From: Anthoceros angustus
Lineage: Eukaryota; Plantae; Anthocerotophyta
Direction of reading: 5' to 3'
Assembly: GCA_010909165.1 (NCBI GenBank)
Contig: MU008178.1
Span: 198,369-262,368, forward strand
Length of the DNA stretch: 64,000 nucleotides
Positions within the stretch are counted from its first letter, which is position 1, and each line of letters starts with the position of its first letter. Of this stretch, positions 33,812 to 47,807 are shown one piece after another. The translations under genes were made by a program, and so were the position numbers. The notes below the pieces were generated by a model that was not told the DNA's origin, did no database searches, and was given only the letters and a program-made list of their open reading frames with translations.

Positions 33812-36800
33812 TCAAGAATTCAAGATCCATTGTACACATTCTTTGAGAAACTCAAAGCTGTAGTGGGTGGCGATGTCTTGAAACACCATCATCCTTGAGC
33901 GGTAGTCCGAAAGCGATTCCGTGCATCTATAACCCCCTCCACAAGCGCACTGGTCTGCTACATGCGAGGCTTTCACCTGCCGCACGACGAGGACAGCAAG
34001 GAATTCATCAAGGGCAACTCGAGAGAGCAGCACACATAAGTTTAACAAGCAGACTGATGTCGGAGGGACAAAAAGGCTACCTGACGGCACTTCCGACAAA
34101 CAAGGTCCTGGAGGTGGTACGACCGTTCTCGTTGCCGAACGATTTGGACCAAGGCATTTTCAATCCACTCCAGGTCGTAACTTTGATCACAACCACTGGA
34201 TCTACACTTCCAGTTCCCCTCCAGCAACGAGGAGTCACGACACAAATCCAGATCTCTACAGTCGTTGCAGTAGCTGTCCTTACCAGGCCAAATGACAGAC
34301 CACCTTCAGTTCCGAATCACAGCATCTCAAAGCTCAGCCCTTTACCCAACCATCAAAACTCAAGGTGGGCGGGCCTACCTGCATATGACATTAGGGAGTG
34401 TGAAGGAGCGGCACGGGTCCTGGAAGGTGGCTTCCACACTGAACTCCCGAGTGTGGACCAGTTTCAACAGATTTTTCCGCAATACCTGTTGCACAAGAGA
34501 GTTTGCTTGCATTACGATCTCACAGCATGGCGTCAACCAGGGTGCACAAAGCACGACAAACTCGCTTTACCAGGATTTCGTACTCCACTCCTTTGTCTAT
34601 TGCCAGAACAGCACAGGTGTGCTTGACGAATTCCAGGACTGCTTCACTCGCTGCCTTTGGCCTGGACCCGTTAGACAGGCCAGAAGTTTGATATTGCGAG
34701 TCCTCATCAAGTCTTAACCCTGACAGCTTCCGTTGCAGCTCCCGTACCATCCGCAACAGTCTGTCCGTGAAATATGATGATATCTGCAACATCGTCCAAT
34801 TAGTTCCTGGGACGGATGCAGTGCAGACAGCAAGTTCTGGCCAATTTCAAACGAGACTGATGACCGTACTTTAAACTCACCTGTTGTCTCAAGTACGCTA
34901 GCTCAGTGGAATCGGTCTCACTGGCAGCGGCAACAGTCACAGACGGAGTGCAACCATCCTCAATAGCTTGAGCAGCCACCCGTCGTTCCAAGTTCTGTCG
35001 AGCATGCTTCCAGGGAATGTAGATGTACTCCGAGACTACGAGGATGAACAAGTTCTGCTCGGCATCCAACAAGCACCAAGCACATGAGGATGACGGTGCC
35101 CAGATGCGTACAAGGTAAACCACAGCTTAGGTATTGAACAAAGCCTTATGTTATCGAGCTTACTTGAGCTTCCGTTGGTAGATAATCAGCTATATTCCAG
35201 CACGAAACAATGTCGGGCACATATGAATCAAGAGGTCGTAAGCCTTCAGCATGCTCTCTAGATGAAGATTCTGGAGGTTCAACCTCAAGTCCTCCGTAGT
35301 TATACTGTAGAGGCATGCACAGAGCACTGCTCAGCGCTACACAATTGTCAAACTTGCAAACATGTCATGAGCTTCGAAGCAGAGCTAACCTGATCCATAA
35401 AAAGGAGAGAGTGCCACGACCGGTGCGGTACAAGCTCTATCCATTCAAACAGCTCCCTAAGTTTGTCACACCAACCAAGAGACAAAAAATCAAGACAATT
35501 ACAGCTCACACAGAAAGGAGTCTTTGTTGGCAAGAGTTCAGATACAACCAGTACCTAGTTTTCAAAGTCTTGAGCAGATAATCACAGTAGGATTCTGCAG
35601 CAGACACATCACTCCTGCTCGTGTTGATTATTATCCTTGAGAAATCTGCAAAAATAACTGTTGCGCCAAGTTTCTGAATCTCTACAACGAGATGGCCATA
35701 GACCTTTTTCATAACCTGACAGAGCAATGACACATAGCAGACTTCGTTAGATCTTGTAACTGATGGTCGACAACTTCGACCGAACTGTACAGAAGTGCTG
35801 AAAGACGGGCAGCCACCCACAGGTGTCCTAACTGGGTGCATTCAAAACCTCTGTTGTCTCTGCATGGGAGACCCGTATCTCACCTTGTGCAGAACACGAT
35901 GAAGGGCAGGATCATGCAGCCTTGATTGGGGACTGCAATCAAGAAGCCCAGTGTTATCACACAGAAATCGTTGCACGGATGGCCTTGTGTGTCTGAGATG
36001 CAGACTAACCTGCAAAGCCATCTGTATAAATGCTGGAGAAGATGATCTGCAAAGGGATTGGCTGAAGAAGTTGCATCAGCAAGCCATCCTTGAACCATTC
36101 CCTTCAAGATTTGAAATGCAGGTGCACACAAGTCGGCCTCATCCCATCCAGATTGTTCAAGCATTGGCTCTAGCTGTGCGCCTGGTGCAGCCGTCAGTGA
36201 GCTACCACCTTCCATCTCATAGACTTGGTTGCACTTCAGTAGTGCATTCACTGCCAGATGATGCATCTGCCAAGGTAACGCCACACATGACCAGCTCAGA
36301 CAAGCATAAACGCAACCAAGTGCAGCACAAAATGACCACTGCAAACAAGGAAAACAGGTGCCCGAAGAAAACCTTAAGCTCAACAGAAATGCTTCTATAG
36401 GCACCAGACTTTGTCCAAGCCGGTTGTTCTACCTGGTATTGCAAAAGATGGTGTCATAAGGCAAATTAAAATCAACGTGGTGCTCTGGCCAGAGCCTCAC
36501 ATTTCTCTCAACATAAAGTTTAGAAAAACGGGATAAATGAAGTGCTCGATGTTTGTTCAAGGCATCACAAGCAGCATGCCCTCAAACTGGTCGGACCATA
36601 CAACCTCCTGTTCTCCAACGTACAAGCAGCATCCTCAATGACTTACCTCGTCTGCATAGGTGCTCTCATCTTGAGAATTCCCTCCAAGGTCTGGCAACCC
36701 ATTCATGGAAACCCACAACACCTACCAACAGGCTTCTCAGAGTCAGTTGGCATTGAAGAACACAGACATTCACAAAACCAAAGGACAGTTAAAACACCGC

Positions 36801-39800
36801 TCAGTCAGACCTGCTGGTGATCACGTAGGGCACGTGCAAAGAAGACATCAGCTGTAAAAATAACCCAGTCGCCCACAAAGTTGCCAATAGGCACCTGAAC
36901 GTGACATATTCAGGAATCAAGATGCATATGATACAGTTAGAACCAAAATTTAGACACTGAAAAACAAGACTTACATGTGCGTACTGTGACAGCGCAACTC
37001 TCTCGTTGAACCATGCGGTGACCCCGGAACATCTTTGCATTGCTGCCCTGGCCGCGATACCTTGCCAACCAAGAGCCTGCAATAAAAGCATGCACAGTGG
37101 AACTTCAGATGTAAACTAAAATGCATCTGATTCTGAAGCAGGTGAAATTCCTAGAACCATGCAGTACGGTACTTGATACTGGTTATCCTTGGCGTTGGAC
37201 CCCATGTCAACACAGGGGAAGTCTGCAAGCGCCGGAAGCAAGGCCAACACGATATCTTTCTTGGAGCACTCAAGCAATCCAACAGCTGGCTTCTGGATCT
37301 GGTCCCTGCAACACAAGATCATGTTGAGCATCCTGATCTACAAGCATGCAGTATTTCTTCACATTTAAGCTTTACTTGTACCTGAGCTCACCCAGTACCC
37401 TCTGCAAGTGCCGGCCAGCCTCTGCATTGTTGGCAGCATACTCAACCTGTCACAAAATGATGTCAGGATATAGTTGGTCACAGAAGCAAGTCCAAACCAT
37501 CTTGGGAACTCATTAAGATACCCGAACAGTTGCATAGCACTCAGAGGTTCCCTTCCTTCTCGAATGTTCACGAAGATGACGCTCACATTGGGCAGAAGTC
37601 ACTTCCTTGTTATTGAAAGGAGTGACGATTACCACAAGAACAGTTTCATTTCCAGGAAGATACAGAGCATAAAGAGCCCGCGTGTCTGATACACTGACAA
37701 CATTCACAGGCGAAAGTAATTAGACATATGCCAGTACAACGAGTTATTAGATTGACTTACAAGGGGAGGCAACCAACCTCTGGTATAAATAAAATAGTCC
37801 AACAGAGTTTGGAAGATAGGGAAACTCAGTGGTTGTCTTCATGCGCAGATCATCAAGAGCCCACCCGTCCCTCAGTGTTTTACTACGAGATTTCTTCTCA
37901 ACAACGCACACACAACCCAACTGCAATAGGGTATGCAAGTCTAGGGGCAACTTTGTCTCGTACACGCCCTGGGCACAGCAACACACAGATCTACATCAAA
38001 CATCGAAGGCATCATAACCCATAAGATCAAACCACAAACTGAAGATAAATGGGAAACCACATAGTAGAGCCGAACGATAAACTGCAGTAGTTACTGGCCA
38101 GCAATGCACCTCAACGTCAGGATCTGCAAGATGTGCAGCCAGCTCTCTGTTCATGTCCCTAAACTGTTCTTCTTGAACAACAACCTGATTCTCCAATATG
38201 AATGTCAGAAGGTGTAGAAAGCCAATGCAACGTTACTCCATCTATCTCATGACTGGCAAACAGCAAGGACGCCAGAATATGGTCTCCTACCTCGAGCAGG
38301 TTAAAAGAGGGGCGCCCATGTGGGAGACTGCGCTTTACAAGAGGCCCAGGATATACACCAGCATCTGCTGACCGAGTGTTGAGAAAAAACACTCGTGGGA
38401 CCCTTAAGGGAACCTTGAACATGTTTCCCTCAGCAAGAACCCAAGCAATAAAATTCCCTGGCATTCGTGTTGCAGAGAACTGCAGTACCTGGAGTCATGA
38501 TATGCCGCCTAGTGGTCAGGGTTGCAAGAGTGTTCAAGTCACAAGCAACTCGAATCACCAAATATGATTTCCTTCCAAAAGACACCAATGAGATTTTACC
38601 TGCCAGTGAGAGTGAACAAGGGCAGCCCTTGTGTCTCTGAAGAATGTTCCCACCCCAGATCCATTTTTCACTTGAAGAGATTTGGGAACTCTGCCTGTTG
38701 ATTGCCTTTCCCTGACACTGTCCTCTATAGTTGTGGACTGCCTGTTACATGCAGTGGGAAAAAGGCCAGGCCAGTTCACAAACCATGTAAATGCATTGGT
38801 AACCAAAACTGTTTCAACTCATAAACTAACAAGGCTTTCAGGGACAGGACTGCTACAGAGTCCATCCTGGAGGGATTTTGAGAATGTATACCGTAGTCGC
38901 TTTCGCTTCTCACGACTTTCCTTCCACTTCCGCTTTCTATGCTCCAGCCATATGCCATAGTTGTCTGTCTTCTTGGGACTCAAGTCTCTTGCTGGTAAAG
39001 GTCGTTGTAACACTTCATTATCCCGCTGCTGTGGACCTTCCACCCCTTGTTGGCCTACAGTAGGAGCTCCTTGCCCCTGACCCTGATCTGGTTGAAATCG
39101 CTCCTCTACATCAGCTTGACTGGTATATGTTCGTAACAATGGCCTGAGAGGATTGCTGATGACTGTATCTCTAGCACCAGGAGCATCCTCAATGTCTGGA
39201 AGGAGACCACTGAGACTAGCCAACGTTTTTGCCTGTTGTGCCCCAAACAGGTCTTGAATGTTTCTTTGACGCCACTTGTCATCCTTCTCTCGAACCTTTT
39301 TCCACAACCAATCTGGATGGGTCACCCGAGGGACAGGATTCCGCACCTTCAGTACAGAACATAATGTTAGGCAGGTATCAATCCACTCCTGGATAGTACA
39401 CAGAAGGTCAAAATGTCTGTGAAAATCTCAATATAGCAATTGAAAATCTAATAGAACCTTTTGCATAGCAGCAGGTATAGTAATAATCTTCTGAACAGCA
39501 GAACCAAGGCGCTGTCTGTAGTAAGCCCAGTCAATGATCGACCGGATGGAAGCATCAGTTGAACCCTTACACCACTTTTTCAAGTAGACCTTCCTAATTT
39601 CTGCAGTCAGAGGCTTTTCTGTTACATTTCAACCACGTGGAGCCTCAACTGTTGAATGATAACGAGCAGGTAGGATTCGGCATACCAGGCTCTGTCTCAA
39701 AAATTGCGACTGGTATTGCACGTTCACTTACGGGGGCACCCTGTAGCAGTGTAGACACCTATCTAAGTCTAACCATCCAAAAAAAGACAAAATGTAAAGA

Positions 39801-42800
39801 CCCACATCACTACTGGCTACAGTTACCACACAAGCTGCTTGGGAATGGCACCTGAGGGCTGCAAGCAACGATGTAACGACAGCTTAGACCTTTGTCTTTC
39901 ACCATTGCATCTCCCAGGAAATCAGCAAGACGTCTGGCGGTAGTAGTTGCACAGGACTTCTTGTCCCCATAATCTGCAAGTGACTTGCTCATGGTACTTG
40001 ACTCAGAGATGTACTCCAGAAGTTCACTATCAGCAACATCTGCTCCCTGATTCTGCACATCCGTGAAAGGGCTTTGTCTACTCAGCTAGGTGAACTTTCA
40101 GCTTGAAATCTCTGCAATAGGCAGCACCAATCCAAAGGAGCACACCTAAGTACCTCAAGGAAGTCAAGCCACCGATCTGCCACAGCTGCAACTGCTGCGT
40201 AGCATTCTTCCAAGGTCTTCCCATGGAGGAAGTTTTCAAACACCTCAGACTGCAACAGCAATACAGTCCGCTTTTCACATCACATATATCTAAACTCCTG
40301 CAAATCCAACTGCTCTGTATTGATGGTGGGTATTAGTTTGTTCAAGGTGAAAAGTCTAACCTGAAAAACTTTGATGAGCTTTAGCTCACCTCGCCGTTTG
40401 ACTTCAAAACCCTTCAGTTCAGCAAGGGAGCCATCTAAATTAAATACAGCATAACGTTTCTTAATAAGAACTCCTTCCTCTTTCGATGCAGGTAAGATCA
40501 TGGCCTGCAACAGATACCCTGCGTCAATACATGGCTATCAAGAGATGCCAACAAACTAATTAGACTGACTGAGCAACGAATGCTACCTTGTATGGCCCAT
40601 CCACCTCAAACTCAATAGAGCATTCACTGCTGGTGACATACGTTCGGCGAGAACTGTCAACCATAGTCTGCAGGGATAGAGCTATTTAGATCAAGAAGAA
40701 AGAAATGAGGTTGCTACTGCTAGTCTGAGAGGTGTGTCCACTTACCTGGTACTGATCATTTGTGTTACTCAAGGCCACATCCACGTTCAGCATTACACAC
40801 GGGTATGAAAATGCAAATTTCTTGGAAGTCCTAATAGAGGAGCAACAATGACATTTAGTCAGAAAGAAGCTTCAGCCACTAGAATTACTGGAAGACGCAC
40901 AACATGAAGAAGGATACCAAGAGAAAACATATGTACCTTAGGGAAAAAGAATAGTTATCAGGGAAGGATCCAGGAAGGGCACACCATATGCCATCAGTGT
41001 CAAGCTCCAAAGGTCGCCCTATTTGTTCCACCAGAAGGCGAGCATTTTGGATTATTTTTGCGCCTGTGTATGTCACGACACCAGCCATTTCCATGGAATA
41101 CCATCTTGCTCCTCTGCTCATTTGTCCACCAAAAGCACAGTTAAACCAGAAGACAATGCTGACAGAAATTCCACAGCGGTAGCAACCTCATACTAGCGGT
41201 AGCAAAAGGGCACAAAGATGTGCCATACTTGCGCATCACATAGCCGTAGAAGGAGTTCAGGATACACTTGTGTGCTAGCTGCAAAGAGTCGTACACAACC
41301 ACCATGTCCTGTTTGGTATTTAACACATTAGGCCTAGGTACACACATCCACTCCCACCAACATTGGGGAGCATGACCAAAAAGACTATTTTCTAATACAC
41401 TCGTCACCTGAGCCTCTTGAATTGTTCGTGGATTTCCAGAAGCTTTTGCCTCTGACAGCTTGCCTTTCCAGACTTTGTTCAGACCTTTGTACTCATACCG
41501 TCGATCTCGGAAACTTCATGCAACCACAGACACAAGGCCAGTCCCAATGTAAGAATAAGCTTCCATCCAACAAGAGTAATGTGCAAACCATTTCAGTAGA
41601 CTCACCTCCGCACAGTGTCCACATAGAAAGGGTTTTCCCTCATGCAGATGTTTGCTGAGCGAAGCTCGGTGATTGGCTTGTCCAGAACCCGCTTATAAAC
41701 CTGCCAGCCCAAAATCAAAATCAGTCCTGCCTCTCCTTCATAGATCATCAAAATTCTGAGCAGGATATGCACTCACACCTTTTGGCAGTATTTTTTCAGT
41801 CGATCTTTCAGCTTGGCCTGCTGCTGATCTTTCGGAAGGTTGTGAAAATACTGTGTAGCTCCATCAGAAGATGGAAACGATTCTGATTCAATTTGATTCT
41901 TCAAGTGTATGTACTCACTGACATCAGCAACGAGCAAGTAACATCTTAGCTTGCATTTACCAGCAATGTACATCTTATTTCCAATTGGATCACCAGACAT
42001 CTGCTGACCTTCGTTTTGCAGAGTAGGTCTCTCCTCTCCATACCCATTCCATCTTGCGTAGGCATGTCTTATCTGGACGATTGAAATCGCATGCTGCACA
42101 GACGTCATCTGTTACAACGGAGGGCGGCTGATCCAAAGAAAAAAATTATCAGAATCTTCCTGCTCTTGGAATCCCAGTTCACAGAGGCATGTACTTGTCC
42201 CACACAAGTGATTTATAAGTGACATGAGAATAGATGGAATGAATTTGGCGAAAGTTTTATCCACCTGAAGACGATTTGTGAGTATAATATTTGGATACAT
42301 GGCTGCTACATCCAAGTGGTAAATCAAAGGCTCCTCTTCTCTAACAGGAGCATCCCGCAACGCCTCCAGCTGCGCAGGCAGACAAGTAGACATAAGTAAA
42401 GGAAAACATTGCAGAATTCTATCATTTCAGATGGCCATAGCATGGGCACATCTAGAGACGTGTGAACGTCTTGCATTACCTTGACTTGAATCTGTTCTCT
42501 AACTTCCTGGTAGTTCGTAACTGACTCCAGGTCCACCTTGCCCTCGTGAAGAGCATATTGCAAGTCCCGGTCAAGATTGTCAATTAATTTCTGGTGCAAA
42601 CAGAGCATAGCATGCAATAAGTTAGGTTCTTTACAGCAGCCTACAGGTTGATTCTACAGAGTGGAGCAATAGGGTGCTTCTTTGAAATGCACCTGATAGG
42701 CTTCAGGAACCAAACGGAATTTTGTGGGCAAATCAGATCGAAAGACACCACTCTCTAAGCACTCCACATGGCCTCCAATATAGGTCTCACTCTCCAAAAG

Positions 42801-45800
42801 ATGCCCGTTGTGAGACTTTTCTGACTCAGATTTATGCTTGTTTGGGCAAATAATGTTCCCCTTGAAGGCCTGAAAAAGGAGGTGTCTTAGAAGTTGCGAT
42901 CAGCTCCAACATAAGCATCTATAAATGCAGGAAGCCATCCAAGAAGGAACATTGAGGAACTCATCGACAGCTGAAAGTCAAATTTTGTTACCTGGACCAT
43001 AAGAAGCGTCTCACAGAGCGTTCCTGAACCCTTTCGCAAAACCTCATCCGGAGGCATTGGTATTATTGTGGCTAATGAGAAAATGAATGGATGCACATAA
43101 GTCTTGTACAGATAATATGTCGATAGAGCATCAGAGACTGAGTATGATGCCATGGTCTTCACAGCACGGCACAAATATCATACCTTCAAATGTTAGGTTC
43201 AAATTCCAAAGATCTGAGACACACTAACATACACAATCACTGGACGGAAGATTGTGACATTGTACCTGAGGTTGTTCCATTGCAAATCGAACCATGTCTT
43301 CTGGGTTGACCTCCAAAGGATCATATCCAAGTTTCACTTTCGTTACTGCCTGCTTGGCACAGCACTGATTCGTTAACAAAGAATGTCACTAGAACTGGTC
43401 CAAGCCAGTGTAGGCTGGGAAGCTCAACTCAAGTTCCTGACACACCTTCAGACCCTGGCTGCCCTGTGGCAAATAACTGTCACGTTTCACCCAAGCAAAG
43501 CAGTCCAAATGACATGCAAACTTGCTAACACATTCGCCTTGGCTCTCATCACAATGGAATCCTATCTCCTGCACACACGTAGAATTGTCATTAAACGAAG
43601 TCCCTCCTAAGGGACCAAGTTAGGATCGGGAGCATCAAGCCAACCACTCCAGAAATGTGATGCACATAAAGGACAAGAATGCATAGCAACCCTTAGGAAG
43701 CAGAATCAGAACTTTACATCATGCATGCTCATTCCATGGTGCTTGGCTCGCGCCTGAATGAATGGCCAGTCAAAAAAGTCACCATTGTATGATACATAAA
43801 TGCCAGGTTTCACATCTAGCATGTGGCTGAACCAACGTCGGAGTAGATCCCTCTGGTACACCGGCAAAGAAACGATGAGAGCTCTGACAACTTTCAAACC
43901 AAGCAATCTGTGAGAAACAGGGCCGGTAAATACCTCATCCGGCACATTTGTCACTTTGAACAGTCCCTCGTATTCATGCTTCGGGCTATACTCAATGTCT
44001 TCTATTTCCTCGCCCACACACTGGACAAAGGGACAAGGAAGAATCAAGGTATTGCAACTGTACTACCTCAGTTGGATATTGATTCTCAACAGTCTATCAA
44101 TTCTAGAACAAGAAAATCTGACCACTCGATGCCAATGCTGTTATGAAGATAACAAGGACAAGGGACACGGAAGTGAGAAGTTTGTGTACCTCACGGTTGA
44201 CAATGAGAAACCCCTCACCATCTATCATGTATGAGATCATCATAATCATGTCGTATGATGCATCAGGGAACTTTAAAGGGAGCTTGGTTGTCTCGATATC
44301 AAATGCACAGACTCGGACCTCTGCTCGCTGGAGCAAATCAGTCCTTCTTTCCAGTTTGACGCTCGAAGCCTCTACACTGACCTTGTACCACTGCCCACAT
44401 CTGATATCTACAAATTCCTCACAGGGTTTCCGGATCAGCAAGAGAATTACATTGCGTGTCATCCTCTATGCGCCAGCTATGGCAAAAGCTCAAGTTTGCT
44501 GCCCCTAGTGCCATGAAAGGACGTTTTGCCGGAAAACTCTGCGGTACTTACCATTATCTATTGCAAAACGGACATGATATGGAACATCGTACTCCCGCAA
44601 TTCCATGAGTAAGTCAGCATAATCTTGCACTCTCGTTTCCCTCGATGCCTTCCCACTGACAGACGGGAAGGTCAGCAAAGCCAGCTCTAGTGTCGAGTGA
44701 CAGAGCGGCTTCGTAAACATGATGGTAACCAAGATGGCTATCGCTCACCTTAAGTCGTGAAGGAGGGATTCATAGACCTCCGGCTTGGCCTGGTTTCGAC
44801 TGACAACCGGCAGCAGGTCACTTTTCACCGCCATTAAGTCTTGGACAGTGTAGAAACTCAATTTCAAGTATATTTTGTGGAGGCCAGATAGATGATTTTT
44901 CTGCAGCCGAGGTGGATGTCAGAGAGCAAAGTCATAGACTGGCATTGCGAACCCCCGTGTAACCCCTTGAGCGAATTCTACTGACAAAAGGAACTCCAAC
45001 AGAACAAGGAATACTAAGAAGAGATGATCCAACATGCTGTCAATAAGAGTGCTAGTCATCCTCACCAACTCCAGGTCCTCCTTCTGAACCAGTTCCAAAG
45101 TTGCAAGCTGTTCCCCATATCGCCGGCGCAAATATGCTTCAACTTCTCTTTCCTTACCCGCCTGCGAGCCGGGAAGTGAAATGCACATCACGACTCCACT
45201 CCTGCCCAGGGGTACTAACAGCGAAGCCAGAAAAAATTGCAGGATGGTTGAGACAGTCGGCATCTCCCACCTTGGTGCCAACGTAAAAGTAGGGACAGAA
45301 TTTGACTTGGGACTTGAAGGTTGAGCCGTCCTGTATTGCCAAGAGCGCAGCTGATTGACATACCGTGCCACCCACCGATGGCAAAGGCCAGATAAGACAC
45401 CACAGTGACAATGTGATCAAACCTGGCACATAAAGTAGAGGTTGACACAACTGCGAGTATGATTGTTGTTGTTCCGATCTTCCAGCGAGGACTGCAGAGG
45501 GACAAGAGCGAGAATGTGAGGGAATTGCAAGGGTAGGAGGAGGGAAATTCGAGCAGCCAGTGGCACCCACCGTGCTCATGTTGAGCAGCCATCCGAGGCG
45601 AGGCTCCCCCTCCGTGAAAATGGCGTACCCAAATTTGGCCTCCAGCTCGTCTGCAGAGGTGTTCCATACTCTGGACCTGCCCACTCGCCGCACCTGCTCA
45701 TTTCCAGCTTTGGATGGCTTCTCTTCGGGATCGTGGGTCTTCGCAAATCCCCGCCCTGCTCCTCCACCTCCGCCTCTCGGCCTGGAGCCCCCGCGGAAGC

Positions 45801-45834
45801 CCCCAAAATTGAACCTGTTCCCGCGGCCTGCCAT
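33812..45834 (-). CDS. POL2A: DNA polymerase epsilon catalytic subunit A, many short introns
   Basis: [21 protein letters not shown], Exo[33 protein letters not shown], Pol[37 protein letters not shown], Pol[20 protein letters not shown]-terminal Cys clusters ([12 protein letters not shown]; CRKC..CACG). Confidence 0.97.
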
Positions 45835-45931
45835 CGCCGGCTCCTCCGGCCGGGCGAGGAGACGGCCTGGCCTGGCTTGAGACTTCACAAATTCACAATG
45901 CCCAGTTCTGGTCCTGGGCTGATGAGAAAGC

Positions 45932-45939
45932 GCGGGAAA
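45932..45939 (-). promoter_or_regulatory. E2F binding site TTTCCCGC
   Basis: Exact TTTSSCGC consensus about 100 bp upstream of the POL2A ATG, in the 265-bp divergent POL2A/CRR1 spacer. Confidence 0.75.
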
Positions 45940-46099
45940 GCAACGACACTGGACTGAAGTCGAGTTAAGCTAACCCTTGGGTTGGTTAGCCTGACCAGGA
46001 TGACGGCATTCCTGCCGAGGGGAGGACACTGGAGGACGCAGCGGGAAGCCGCATCCGATGCCATTGCCATCGCCATAGCCAGCAGCAAGTAACGGGACG

Positions 46100-47126
46100 A
46101 TGAGTGGAACCTGCTGCTGGCCCCCGACGGCGTGTCGGGTGAGCTCCTCTTCCTCCTCCTCCTGCTGTGTCACAGCTACGGCGCAGAGGCCGCAACGCAG
46201 CAACATCAGAGTAGTGGTGAACGGCGCCGGGAATGGCGTGGGCAAGGCCGCCATAGCCGCTATCTCCAAAGCTCGGGGAATGGAAGTTGTTGGAGCTGTG
46301 GACAGCCAGGGAGTGGGGGAAGACGCAGGCACATTCGCAGGCATGGAGGAGGAGCTGGAGATCCCCATCATGAACGACCTGGTGATGGTGCTCGGCTCCA
46401 CAGCGCAGGCCCAGTCCAAGGCAAAGGGAGTGATGGTGGACGTGTCGTCGCATCCCTCCGCCGTCTACGACAACGTGAGGCAGGCCACCGCGTTCGGCCT
46501 GTGCAGCGTGGTGGCAGTCCCGGGCCTGGATCTGGATGTCGTGGCTGCTCTCTCCACCTTCTGCGACAAGGCTACCACAGGTCAAGTGTGTGTGCCAGCC
46601 TCGCTCACCAGCCATAGCCGAGAACTCCTTAGCAGCATTGTCGGCTGACGAAGAGTTGCGTTGCGTTGCGTTGCATCGCTTGCATGCATGTATGCCAGGC
46701 TGCATCATCGCGCCGACGCTTTCCCTCGGAGTTCTTCTGCTGCAGCAGGCTGCTGCATCCGCCGCCTTCAGGTACAAGCATGTGGAGATGATCGAGTCTG
46801 CAAACGAGCCGGCTCCATTTCCTTCTTCCCTGGCCACGCAGGTGGCCGAGAGCCTGTCCGGGCTGGGACAGATTTACAATGACGCAAGTGCGGGTGCGGA
46901 TATTCCCGCCCGAGGTGCGCCAGTGGGAGATGGTGTGCGGGTGCACAGCCTGGTTATGCCCGGCCTCCTCTCCAGCTTAGATGTGAGATTCTCCGGCCCT
47001 GGAGAAATGCTGTCCATCCGGCACGATGTCACTGATGCGCAAGCCTTCATGCCCGGCCTTGTGCTGGCCATCCGCAAGGTGGTGCAGCTCAAGTCTCTGG
47101 TGTATGGTTTGGACAAGATTCTGTGA
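46100..47126 (+). CDS. CRR1: Dihydrodipicolinate reductase-like chloroplast NDH assembly factor (2 exons: 46100-46580, 46699-47126)
   Basis: VVVNGAGNGVGKAAIAAISKARGMEVVGAVD, LEIPIMNDLVMVLGS, VYDNVRQATAFG, GCIIAPTLSLG, GVRVHSLVMPGL, MPGLVLAIRKVV..LVYGLDKIL. Confidence 0.92.
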
Positions 47127-47770
47127 ACCTTCCCTTTCCGTTCCGTCCTTGCTTGCTTCATCCACATCCTGAAGGTGAGGAGAGTGGGAGTTGTCTTTCT
47201 CGGGAGAGTGGGAGTTGTCTTTCTCGGAAGAGTGGGAGTTGTCTTTCTTACTAGTTGAACCTGGCTCGCTTCCTTCCTTTCTTCTTGCTTCATCTCGCCT
47301 TTAAGAGAGTAGATCCTTTGTCCCGCCTTCAAGCGAGTAGTTCGTTTGTCTCACCTTCAAGCGAGTAGTTCCTTTTGTCTCATCATTCCGCATATTAGTC
47401 ACTCAGGCCTGCTCTACGGTTTGGGCAAGATTTTGTGAATCTGACTTTCTTCCTTCATCTTCGTTCTCGAGCAAGCAGTTTTGTTTGTCTCATCAATCAG
47501 TCTGATCAAGCAGCATGCTATCAGTCTCATCAATCAGTATGCTATCAATCGGTATGTTATATCACTCCGTAGAGCTTGGACAATATTTTCGTGAACTTTC
47601 TTTCCTTCCTTTCTTTTTTTTTTTTTCCTTCATCCTCACCATGTGCAAAGGTAGTTTCTTCTAGTCGTTGATGTTTGTGTTATGTGACTTCGGCTCTATA
47701 GCTTGGACGAGATTTTGTGAACTTGGCCTCTGTATCTTCCTTCGTTGCTTTCTTCAGCCACGTCCTGGAC
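47100..47770 (+). repeat. Degenerate serial repeats of the CRR1 last codons and 3' UTR, with an internal 24-bp x3 repeat
   Basis: Native tatggtttggacaagattctgtga recurs as tacggtttgggcaagattttgtga (~47415), tagagcttggacaatattttcgtga (~47570), tatagcttggacgagattttgtga (~47697); gagagtgggagttgtctttctcgg x3 at 47180-47249. Confidence 0.75.
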
Positions 47771-47807
47771 CAGCAATTTCAACTTTCTTCTCTTCATCAG
47801 CAAGGAG

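Noticed and set aside
33895-34626. 243-aa plus-strand ORF
   Set aside because: Antisense to POL2A terminal exons; no domain recognised.
45986-46837. 283-aa minus-strand ORF
   Set aside because: Antisense shadow of CRR1 with no recognisable motifs.
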